The notes under the pieces are model-generated. The model was not told the DNA's origin and did not search any database. It worked only from the letters and a program-made list of their open reading frames with translations. Below, in pieces: positions 10,836 through 18,580 of a stretch of 64,000 nt of DNA. The stretch is from Acutalibacteraceae bacterium (GTDB taxonomy: Bacteria > Bacillota > Clostridia > Oscillospirales > Acutalibacteraceae). Positions within the stretch are counted from its first letter, which is position 1. Every line of letters starts with the position of its first letter. The DNA is taken from the NCBI GenBank assembly GCA_045594795.1, contig JAZNZF010000001.1:3917-67916 (forward strand), in the 5' to 3' direction. A program made the translations under genes and the position numbers.

Positions 10836-12034
10836 TAGCACTCCTCCATTGTTTCTTTGAAAGCTTTAATTACATAATCGACCTGTTCGTCGGTCATAGA
10901 ATTAAACACCGGCAAAGAAATTTCGTTAATATAATTATTATACGCTACGGGGAAATCTTTTATATTAAATCCAAGGTTTTTATATGCAGTAAGCAAAGGT
11001 AAAGGTTTGTAATGAACGTTACAACAAACGCCTTTTTCAGCCATTTTAATAATAAATTTGTTTCTATAGTCTTCATTGTCTTTGGTAAAACGCAACAGAT
11101 ACAGATGTCCGCTTGAATAATAGCTATCCGTGGAATGAGTTTGAGTGACAACCGGAAGGTCTTTAAAAGCCGAATTAAACTTATTAATTATATTTTGCCT
11201 ATGGCTTAAGTATTGGTCATATTTTTTTAACTGATGTATACCTATAGATGCCATAATATCAGTCATATTGCATTTATAATATGGGGCAATAATGTCGTAC
11301 TCCCAAGCGCCTTTTTGTGATTTAGAGAGTGCATCCTTTGATTGACCGTGAAGTGATAATAGTTGATACATATGATATAACTCATTTGAATCCACACCAT
11401 CTTTATGCGTCCAAGTAACCGCACCACCCTCAGCAGTAGTTAAGTTTTTAACAGCATGGAAAGAAAAGGCAGTAAAATCAGCATATGTGCATGATTTTTT
11501 GCCTAAATACTCTGCGCCCAGAGAGTGAGCTGCGTCGGTAATAATAACTATCCTGCCAAATTGTCTTTGTAATTCAGTTTTAGGAACAAATTTATTTTTG
11601 TTATTTACAACTATGTTTTTAAGAGCAGAATAATCACAAGGGATACCGGCAACATCAACAGGAATTATTGCTTTAGTTTTTTCGTTAATTGCACTATTCA
11701 CAGCGTCATAGTCAATCAAAAAATCGCTATGCATGCAATCAACCAAAACGGGCTTTGCGCCAACATGGCAAATTGCAGCAGCAGTAGCTGTATAGGTGTA
11801 AGCAGAGGTAATTACCTCATCGCCCTCACCAATTCCTAAAACACGTAACGTAAGCTCTAATGCTGCTGTAGCAGAATTAAGGCAAACCGTCATATCGGTA
11901 CCGCAGTACTCAGAAATCATTTTCTCAAAAAGCTTAGTTTTAGGGCCTGTTGTTATCCAACCTGAACGCAGTGTATCAACTACCTCAGCTATTTCGTCTT
12001 CAGCGATTAGTGGAGGAGAAAAAGGTATTTCCAT
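10835..12034 (-). CDS. DegT/DnrJ/EryC1/StrS-family PLP-dependent sugar aminotransferase
   Basis: 399 aa with the PLP-lysine block FSFHAVKNLTTAEGG and overall family layout. Confidence 0.85.
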   Translation of the reverse strand: MEIPFSPPLIAEDEIAEVVDTLRSGWITTGPKTKLFEKMISEYCGTDMTVCLNSATAALELTLRVLGIGEGDEVITSAYTYTATAAAICHVGAKPVLVDCMHSDFLIDYDAVNSAINEKTKAIIPVDVAGIPCDYSALKNIVVNNKNKFVPKTELQRQFGRIVIITDAAHSLGAEYLGKKSCTYADFTAFSFHAVKNLTTAEGGAVTWTHKDGVDSNELYHMYQLLSLHGQSKDALSKSQKGAWEYDIIAPYYKCNMTDIMASIGIHQLKKYDQYLSHRQNIINKFNSAFKDLPVVTQTHSTDSYYSSGHLYLLRFTKDNEDYRNKFIIKMAEKGVCCNVHYKPLPLLTAYKNLGFNIKDFPVAYNNYINEISLPVFNSMTDEQVDYVIKAFKETMEEC

Positions 12035-12065
12035 TTAAAACATCTCCAAAAAAATTGTTGAGTTT

Positions 12066-12094
12066 ATTATAGCATGAACAAAGAATTAAGTCAA
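12066..12094 (-). promoter_or_regulatory. Sigma-A-type promoter for the aminotransferase/sugar-transferase operon
   Basis: Minus strand reads TTGACT, 17 nt, TATAAT, about 30 nt upstream of the ATG. Confidence 0.5.
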
Positions 12095-12242
12095 TTATTC
12101 ATAATTCTTCTGCGAAAGAATCTTCCTTATGCATTTAAATTTAAAATCCAGCCGAGAATAATCGACAGGGTTTTGCTATGAAAGGATTGTACGAATTCGA
12201 TCTTGTTTGAATTTTCTACCTATGGGTTTGGACCCTCATAAA

Positions 12243-12740
12243 TCAATCGATAATTATCCTATCTATTTCTTCTTTCTTTTTTATATAAACAACTTTTTCT
12301 TTATGAGGTTCTAAAATTCTAATGATTTCTTTCATATTAGTGTTTTGAAAAGTATTAGTCCATTTCAAAAGGTCGCAAACAGATTTTAATGTCTCTTTTT
12401 TACCTTTTTCAAGCCCTACTCTTCTTTTGATATATCTCTTAATTATGCGAAATCTATATAACCATTTTGGAATGTCCAACACATAAATTACATCAGCATC
12501 TTCAAAACTTTTCTGTACCCAAGCATAATAAACACCATCTATTATCCAATCAGATTGTTGTAATATATCCTTCAACATTTGATTACGCTTTTCTATGGGC
12601 GTTTTGACTCCGTATGAATTTCGGCTATTATCCCATTGAATATCATCTAAATCAAAATTCGGTATATTGTATTTTTCAGATAGTCTTTTTGCTAAATATG
12701 TTTTACCCGAACCACTGCAACCGATTATTCGGATTTTCAT
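12243..12740 (-). CDS. P-loop NTPase, adenylate-kinase-like 'DNA topology modulation protein' (FlaR) family
   Basis: MKIRIIGCSGSGKTYLAKRL Walker A, WIIDG, and a C-terminal block (DIPKWLYRFRIIKRYIKRR) typical of FlaR-like kinases. AAGGAGA RBS before the ATG at 12740; the ORF-track extension to 12800 is unlikely. Confidence 0.75.
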   Translation of the reverse strand: MKIRIIGCSGSGKTYLAKRLSEKYNIPNFDLDDIQWDNSRNSYGVKTPIEKRNQMLKDILQQSDWIIDGVYYAWVQKSFEDADVIYVLDIPKWLYRFRIIKRYIKRRVGLEKGKKETLKSVCDLLKWTNTFQNTNMKEIIRILEPHKEKVVYIKKKEEIDRIIID

Positions 12741-13083
12741 TTGATATTCTCCTTTGCGGTGTTGATAGAGGCGATTAATATTCTGCGTATTGTACCACAT
12801 TGATTATATAAATCTTTTGCAATTTCTCGTTCTATCAAATCAGATTTTACAAACAGTTCAATCCAATATTCTGTTTCATAATATTCTTTGAGAGATATTT
12901 GAAGCTTTGCAAAAAAATCAGGTTTACCGTGAGCATAATTTGCTTCGTGAATATTAGCACCAATGCTTGTTGCGGAACGCTCTAATTGATTAACAAGAGA
13001 ATAATGTCCCTTTATATTTTACAAAGTTTTATGACTTTTACGGAAAAGTCCATTGATAAGTCGATAAGTTTATTTTCTTTCAA
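12737..13083 (-). pseudogene. Four-helix-bundle protein (23S rRNA intervening-sequence protein family), disrupted by a 1-nt frameshift
   Basis: TTG start at 13083 after GAGGTG gives MKENKLIDLSMDFSVKVIKLCKI, then a stop at 13012-13014. A second frame from 13018 reads NIKGHYSLVNQLERSATSIGANIHEA...YWIEL... down to a TGA overlapping the kinase ATG. Total length is 347 nt, one short of 116 codons. The break lies in an A4 run (13017-13020). Confidence 0.7.
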
Positions 13084-13102
13084 TAATATCACCTCTGCAA
13101 AC

Positions 13103-13111
13103 ATTATAACA
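13103..13111 (-). promoter_or_regulatory. Extended -10 promoter (TGtTATAAT) for the four-helix/kinase operon
   Basis: Minus strand reads acaTGtTATAATg, 7 nt upstream of the GAGGTG RBS. No good -35 element. Confidence 0.35.
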
Positions 13112-13117
13112 TGTTCA

Positions 13118-13287
13118 ATGAAATATTGCTACGCAATATGAAATAATCCTTCGGATTATGAAATTTGATGCTTACGCATCAAGTGAAATAAAATAAATCC
13201 CTCATACGCCGCAGCGTATTTCATAGCGACAGCTATTTCATATGCCGATAGGCATATTTCACAAATCCCACAAGGGATTTATTTCAT
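13118..13287. repeat. Heptamer/mini-hairpin ladder: four RTGAAAT then four ATTTCAY, separated by seven distinct perfect palindromes
   Basis: Heptamers start at 13118, 13138, 13158, 13183 (direct) and 13218, 13235, 13256, 13281 (inverted). The intervening stems are ATATTGC/GCAATAT, ATAATCC/GGATTAT, TTGATGC/GCATCAA, ATACGC/GCGTAT, ATAGC/GCTAT, ATATGCC/GGCATAT and AAATCCC/GGGATTT. Confidence 0.8.
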
Positions 13288-13289
13288 TG

Positions 13290-13320
13290 AAAAAAGCACC
13301 GACAATGTCGATGCTTTTTT
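13290..13320 (-). terminator. Bidirectional rho-independent terminator downstream of tRNA-Gly
   Basis: A6, then stem GCACCGAC/GTCGATGC (one mismatch, 3-nt loop), then T6, directly abutting the tRNA 3' end. Confidence 0.7.
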
Positions 13321-13321
13321 C

Positions 13322-13395
<74 letters not shown>

Positions 13396-13409
13396 AGCTA
13401 ACGGGGATT

Positions 13410-13438
13410 ATAATAACATAATCCCCCAAAAAAATCAA
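13410..13438 (-). promoter_or_regulatory. Possible promoter for tRNA-Gly
   Basis: Minus strand reads TTGATT, 17 nt, TATTAT, ending about 15 nt before the mature tRNA 5' end. Confidence 0.35.
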
Positions 13439-13456
13439 GTGTTTTTTTAAAATTTT

Positions 13457-15721
13457 TTATTTAATAGCTAATTGACCTTTGCTAACTGATAATTCTACAG
13501 AATTTAAAGAATCGTTATTTATTATAAGTTCAACAATTTTATCTTCAACATTTCTGCGAATATAGGTCCTCAAGTCGCGTGCACCACGTTTTCCGCCGTG
13601 GGTTTCTTTTGCAATAAAGCTACAAACCTCAGGCTTCCAATTAAAGCTAATGCCTTTAATTTGCAATGAATCCCTTAACTCGTTCAATGCAATTTCAGCA
13701 ATTTTACAGAAATCATCTTCACTCAAAGGATTAAACGCGGCAATTTCATCAACTCTGCCAATAAACTCGGGGCGCAAGAACTTTTCAAGAGCGGCAAGCG
13801 CTTTTTCTTTGATAGTATCATCCTTGGTTTTGCCGAATCCCATAGGATTATTTGCGCCATCACTACCGGCATTGGATGTCATAACAATTATTGTGTTTTC
13901 AAAATTAACCCTTCTGCCTTGAGCATCAGTAACCCTACCATCATCCAGGATTTGTAGTAAAATATTTAGCACGTCTGGGTGTGCCTTTTCTATTTCATCA
14001 AATAGAATTACAGAATAGGGTTTGCGTCTTACCTTTTCGGTTAACTGTCCAGCATCATCGTAGCCAACATATCCAGGAGGCGCACCAATTATTCTTGATA
14101 CAGAGTGTTTTTCCATAAACTCTGACATATCTAACCTAATTAACGTTTCAGGTGTATGGAACAACTGCTTTGATAATACCTTAACAAGCTCGGTTTTGCC
14201 TACGCCTGTAGGACCAACAAATATAAACGAAGCAGGCCTTGGATGTGAGGTTATTTGAACTCGCGAACGTTTTACCGCAGCAACAACACTACTTACAGCG
14301 TTATCTTGACCTATGATATGCTTCTTCAGTTCATCCTCAAGACCTGAAAGCTTTTGAAGGTCACTTTCTTTAACTTTAGTAGCGGGTATGCCCGTCCATA
14401 ACTCAATAACCTTTGCTAAATCGTCATCTGTAACAAGGTTATCTGCAGCAGGTGCATATAGCTCGTTTGCTTCTTCTTTGTATTTAGCTAATTCTGACTT
14501 AACTGAGGCGAGCTTTTCATAATCAGGGGTGTCAACAGATTGCTCTAACTGTTCTTCCTCGCCAGAAAGCTTTGCAATTTTTTTATTAATTAAATACAAC
14601 TTATCTATTGCTGTGTTTCTAAGACTTGCACAAGCGCAAGCTTCATCCATTAAATCTATTGCCTTATCAGGTAAAAATCTGTCTGTAATGTATCTTTCCG
14701 ACAAAGTAACAGCTTTGGTTATAATTTCATCTGGTATAACAACGTTATGATACCCCTCATAATAACCTTTAACACCAAGTAAAACATCAACAGCCTGAGC
14801 TATAGAAGGTTCCTCGATAACGACGGGCTGGAAACGTCTTTCAAGCGCTGAATCTTTTTCAATATATTTACGATATTCCTTTAAGGTTGTAGCGCCTATT
14901 ACCTGTATCTGACCCCTTGAAAGTGCCGGCTTTAAAATGTTACCGGCGTTCATTGAACCTTCAGAATCACCGGCGCCAACGAGATTATGAACCTCGTCAA
15001 TAAATAGAATTATATTACCTGCATCTTTGATGTCATCGATTAATCCCTTTACTCTGCTTTCGAATTGTCCGCGGAATTGGGTGCCTGCAACTAAAGCGGT
15101 CATATCTAGTAGGTGTATTTCTTTATCAAGAAGCCTTGCAGGTGCGTCGCCATTCGCAATTTTAATTGCCAAGCCCTCAGCTATAGCGGTTTTACCAACG
15201 CCAGGCTCACCAATTAAACAGGGGTTATTCTTGGTGCGTCTGGATAGAATCTGAATGGTTCTATACAGCTCATCTTCCCTGCCGATTATATTATCAAGCT
15301 CACCGTTTTTAGCCCTTGCAGTAAGGTTTGTGCAAAACTGATTTAAGAATCTGCCTTTTTTGGTATTTGCTTTCTTGCTTTTTTCTTTTGATTCTGATTT
15401 TTGGTTAGCATCATTATTAGATTTTGGTTCGACCTCGCCACCAAAAATATTATTTACAAACGGAAAAACAGGGGCACCGCCCATTTCAAAATTATCAAGC
15501 TGCAGGTCGCCGTCCATAAACTCCATCATCTGTTCGTTTAAGCCTTCGATATCCTCGTCGCTTAAATTCATTTTACTTATCATATCATTTATGGGTTTAA
15601 TTCCCACCTCTTTAGCACAAACAAGGCAAAAGCCCTTGGGCTCGCCACTGACATTAGAACCCATCTCTGAAACGAATACTATAGCGGGCCTTTGACCGCA
15701 TTTTGAACACATTTTTAACAT
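13457..15721 (-). CDS. clpE: Clp/Hsp100 AAA+ ATPase, ClpE-like (N-terminal zinc ribbon, two AAA+ modules)
   Basis: N-terminal CSKC...CLVC pattern as in ClpE. Walker A motifs GEPGVGKTA and GPTGVGKTE. Candidate ClpP-docking tripeptide MGF. No Clp_N repeat domain. Confidence 0.7.
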   Translation of the reverse strand: MLKMCSKCGQRPAIVFVSEMGSNVSGEPKGFCLVCAKEVGIKPINDMISKMNLSDEDIEGLNEQMMEFMDGDLQLDNFEMGGAPVFPFVNNIFGGEVEPKSNNDANQKSESKEKSKKANTKKGRFLNQFCTNLTARAKNGELDNIIGREDELYRTIQILSRRTKNNPCLIGEPGVGKTAIAEGLAIKIANGDAPARLLDKEIHLLDMTALVAGTQFRGQFESRVKGLIDDIKDAGNIILFIDEVHNLVGAGDSEGSMNAGNILKPALSRGQIQVIGATTLKEYRKYIEKDSALERRFQPVVIEEPSIAQAVDVLLGVKGYYEGYHNVVIPDEIITKAVTLSERYITDRFLPDKAIDLMDEACACASLRNTAIDKLYLINKKIAKLSGEEEQLEQSVDTPDYEKLASVKSELAKYKEEANELYAPAADNLVTDDDLAKVIELWTGIPATKVKESDLQKLSGLEDELKKHIIGQDNAVSSVVAAVKRSRVQITSHPRPASFIFVGPTGVGKTELVKVLSKQLFHTPETLIRLDMSEFMEKHSVSRIIGAPPGYVGYDDAGQLTEKVRRKPYSVILFDEIEKAHPDVLNILLQILDDGRVTDAQGRRVNFENTIIVMTSNAGSDGANNPMGFGKTKDDTIKEKALAALEKFLRPEFIGRVDEIAAFNPLSEDDFCKIAEIALNELRDSLQIKGISFNWKPEVCSFIAKETHGGKRGARDLRTYIRRNVEDKIVELIINNDSLNSVELSVSKGQLAIK

Positions 15722-15741
15722 AAAGAACTCCTTAAACTATA

Positions 15742-16434
15742 CTAAAGCAAACCGAATAAGTTAGCCATCTTACTAAAAATAAATGTTTTTTCTATTATAT
15801 CTTGATTAAGAAAAACATATTGTGTATCAGAAAATGATACTATATATGAAACAATAACGCACACCAACGAGGCAATTATTATTCCCTTAAACACTCCCAA
15901 TACAAGCCCCAATGTTTTATTTACCTGTTTTAAAATGGGAGCTTTAAATAACTTGCAAATAACCTTAGAAAGAATACGGAAAACAAGCATTAAAACAATA
16001 AATAAAATAATATTTATTGCAAAACTAATTACAGAAATTGCGGTTGGTCTTATTACATTATGAGAAAAGTTTTGGGCTATTATCTCGTTGCTTGTGTCTT
16101 TTTTTATAATAGCACCTATACTGCTTGTTGTCACACCGGAATTTTCAGCCATATTGGTAATAATTTTAGGCAAGCTTTCCCAAACTGCATTAACTGTTTG
16201 CTCACTTTTCTCGTCCTGTTTTTCAAGTTGTGTAACAACCGATTTTTGCACCGATTTATCTATAATACTATCATAAATAAATGTTGAAACAGGCATAGAG
16301 CAGGTTGAAATAATAAGAACGGTTGCAATAAGACTTGCAAGTCCCATAATTGATTTTACAAATCCGCGTTTAATGTTAATGAATGCTACAACAAAAACAA
16401 TTAGTAATACAATAATATCAAGAGCTATACTCAT
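15742..16434 (-). CDS. cvpA: CvpA-family membrane protein
   Basis: 230 aa with several TM helices and an N-terminus (DIIVLLIVFVVAFINIKRGFVKSI) typical of the CvpA/colicin V production family. Confidence 0.7.
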   Translation of the reverse strand: MSIALDIIVLLIVFVVAFINIKRGFVKSIMGLASLIATVLIISTCSMPVSTFIYDSIIDKSVQKSVVTQLEKQDEKSEQTVNAVWESLPKIITNMAENSGVTTSSIGAIIKKDTSNEIIAQNFSHNVIRPTAISVISFAINIILFIVLMLVFRILSKVICKLFKAPILKQVNKTLGLVLGVFKGIIIASLVCVIVSYIVSFSDTQYVFLNQDIIEKTFIFSKMANLFGLL

Positions 16435-16440
16435 ATTTTG

Positions 16441-17826
16441 CTACCCCTCTTTAATTTCGTGTTCGAAAATCGAATTATTATTAACAACAAAAATTTTGTT
16501 TTCAAGAATTGAAAATTTAGTTGCCGAGGTGCCACAATCGACAGTAAAAACATTTTTACCTAATTCATTATAAACATAAATAGAGCTTCCCTTTGCCGCG
16601 GCAAGATAGCGCTTAGAATACACAACCTTATCCGGATAAGAAACAACGTCAAAATTGAATAAAACTTTATTGTTTTTTCTCACTAACACATTACTTGCAT
16701 CAAGATTACTGTCAGCGCCCGTTACACTGCAAAAGCCTAAATAGGAATTTGCTTTATACTGTAAAGGAGTAGATTCAATAATGCCTTCTTTATTAGAATT
16801 CTTTGCAGTAATTAAATATGTTTTATTAGCTTCAGAAATTAAAAACTTATTTCTGCCAAAGCTGTCAACAGAAAGCATCAAGCTACCACTTTCGAATTCG
16901 TTAAAAGGCTTGTTGCTTTTGTCTTTAAAAATTTTAAGCTTTGATACATATTCACCGTTTTTTGCATTAAGAGTAACGGCAGCAACATATTTTCCATTAT
17001 CAGAAATTGCCACGGAGCTTACAAGGTCAGTAGCAGAACTCCACTTAAAAAGTTGCTTATTGTTTTTATCATAAACCTCAAGCATAGCTGCACTATCATC
17101 GGACGATGAAACTACACAGAATGTTCCGTTTCTGCCAATTTGCACATCATAGACTGTATTTTCAAATTCACGGTTATACAGTAATCCGCTAAAGTCAAAA
17201 ATCGAAACTGTATTGGAATTGTTTGCATATAGCAAAACGCGATTTTCACTAACCGAAACCGAAGGAGAATAATACCCGTGTTGTAGTGAGATAATCTCCT
17301 TGCCCTTTGCATTATACATCTCAATATATGTATCAGAAACGACAGCAATTCCGCCATTTAACTGATAAACATCAACCACACTGTTACCGCTAATAGCTTT
17401 GGGAAATCCTGCGCCACTACCTAAAGTTAGTGCAGAGTTGCGCACTAAGTCCATAATTCCGGTCGGTGAAACAACATTAATAAAGACTATTACAAGAATT
17501 ATTATAGCAGCAGATATTGCGGTAGAAAGATTTTTAATTCGCTTAGAGCTTTTTGTGCCTTTAACTACGTGGATACCTGTGGATTTATTTAATTCCGCTG
17601 CGCTTTTATTTGAATATACAATGCGCTTTTCGGGTTTGGATTTATTTAAATATTTTGCTTTTTTCTTTTCAAATCTGCGCTCAGCTCTCGCATCTTTTGC
17701 AGATTTAACATTGATCTCATCGTCTATATCCTTAAACGAAGTGATTTTATAATTATCAGAAACTGCACTTTTTTTAGGCTTAACTGCCTTAACTTTTTTA
17801 ATGTTTTTCTTTTTATACTCCGACAC
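16441..17826 (-). CDS. Hypothetical membrane-anchored protein (Lys-rich N-terminus, one TM, repeat-rich beta extracytoplasmic domain; possibly DUF5711-type)
   Basis: 461-aa ORF tightly packed between truA and cvpA. The family assignment is from memory only. Confidence 0.6.
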   Translation of the reverse strand: MSEYKKKNIKKVKAVKPKKSAVSDNYKITSFKDIDDEINVKSAKDARAERRFEKKKAKYLNKSKPEKRIVYSNKSAAELNKSTGIHVVKGTKSSKRIKNLSTAISAAIIILVIVFINVVSPTGIMDLVRNSALTLGSGAGFPKAISGNSVVDVYQLNGGIAVVSDTYIEMYNAKGKEIISLQHGYYSPSVSVSENRVLLYANNSNTVSIFDFSGLLYNREFENTVYDVQIGRNGTFCVVSSSDDSAAMLEVYDKNNKQLFKWSSATDLVSSVAISDNGKYVAAVTLNAKNGEYVSKLKIFKDKSNKPFNEFESGSLMLSVDSFGRNKFLISEANKTYLITAKNSNKEGIIESTPLQYKANSYLGFCSVTGADSNLDASNVLVRKNNKVLFNFDVVSYPDKVVYSKRYLAAAKGSSIYVYNELGKNVFTVDCGTSATKFSILENKIFVVNNNSIFEHEIKEG

Positions 17827-17830
17827 AAAA

Positions 17831-18571
17831 TCACTCCTTATATATAACTTTATTTAAATACAAACCGCAAGCAGTGGCTGTTACCCCAGCATCGCTACGG
17901 TTACCCGATTCTAACGCTTTAGTTATGGATTCAGCGCTTCGCTTGCCACCGCCAATTTCTAATAAAGTACCCGTAATAATGCGTACCATATTGTATAGAA
18001 AACCATTAGCTGTAATAGAAATCTCTATTATATCGCCAGTCTTTTTAACATCACAGCTTTGGACGGTACGAACCTTATCTACAACAGAACTTCCCGCAGA
18101 GCAGAAGGCTGAAAAGTCATGAGTACCTACAAAAAGCTTTGCGGCTAAATTCATTTTTTCAACATCTAAGGGATATTTATACCACATTGCCCTACCATTT
18201 TCAAAAGGGTTTGGATGTGCAGAATTACAAATTTTGTATACATAATTTTTATTAATACAACTATACCTTGCGTGGAAATCGTCTGGAACAATTACACAAT
18301 CAATTGCCGAAATATTTTGACTTGTGTTATGGTTAATTGCCTCGATAATATTGTGTGGATTCATATCAGTATCAATGTCGAAATGGCAACAAAACATATT
18401 TGCATGAACGCCCGAATCGGTACGGCTGCAACCGGTAACATCGATATTTTTACTATAAATTTTATTTAATGCAGAACAAATCTCTGCTTGCACCGTGTTA
18501 CCGTTTGGTTGTACCTGCCATCCGCAAAAATCGGTTCCAAGGTAAGAAATTGTTAAAAGACACCTTGACAT
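17831..18571 (-). CDS. truA: tRNA pseudouridine(38-40) synthase
   Basis: 246 aa with the catalytic block RTDSGVHA. Position after the ecf genes matches other Firmicutes. Confidence 0.9.
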   Translation of the reverse strand: MSRCLLTISYLGTDFCGWQVQPNGNTVQAEICSALNKIYSKNIDVTGCSRTDSGVHANMFCCHFDIDTDMNPHNIIEAINHNTSQNISAIDCVIVPDDFHARYSCINKNYVYKICNSAHPNPFENGRAMWYKYPLDVEKMNLAAKLFVGTHDFSAFCSAGSSVVDKVRTVQSCDVKKTGDIIEISITANGFLYNMVRIITGTLLEIGGGKRSAESITKALESGNRSDAGVTATACGLYLNKVIYKE

Positions 18572-18580
18572 TTAAACACC

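Noticed and set aside
12100-12125. ATTCTT-CTGCGA-AAGAAT hairpin as the terminator of the FlaR-like kinase gene
   Set aside because: It is a 6-bp AT-rich stem with no following T-run on the minus strand, so it is not convincing.
12218-12242. GGGTTTGGACCC segment as a tRNA-Gly 3'-end direct repeat (att site) marking an integrated island
   Set aside because: Similarity to the tRNA T-arm is only partial. It is also on the opposite strand relative to the tRNA gene, so it cannot be the expected direct repeat. No integrase is present.
13012-13023. Programmed ribosomal frameshift in the four-helix-bundle gene
   Set aside because: No canonical X-XXY-YYZ slippery heptamer or downstream stimulatory structure was seen. 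A simple single-A loss from a homopolymer explains the frame change.
13118-13287. Interpreting the heptamer/hairpin array as a CRISPR array
   Set aside because: The conserved units are only 7 nt long with a 17-25 nt period. Half of them are inverted, the 'spacers' are themselves palindromes, and no cas genes are present.
13404-13427. Hairpin GGGGATTAT...ATAATCCCC between clpE and tRNA-Gly as the clpE terminator
   Set aside because: On the transcribed (minus) strand the T-run precedes rather than follows the stem, and on the plus strand it is followed by A's. It also overlaps the putative tRNA promoter, so no terminator was called.
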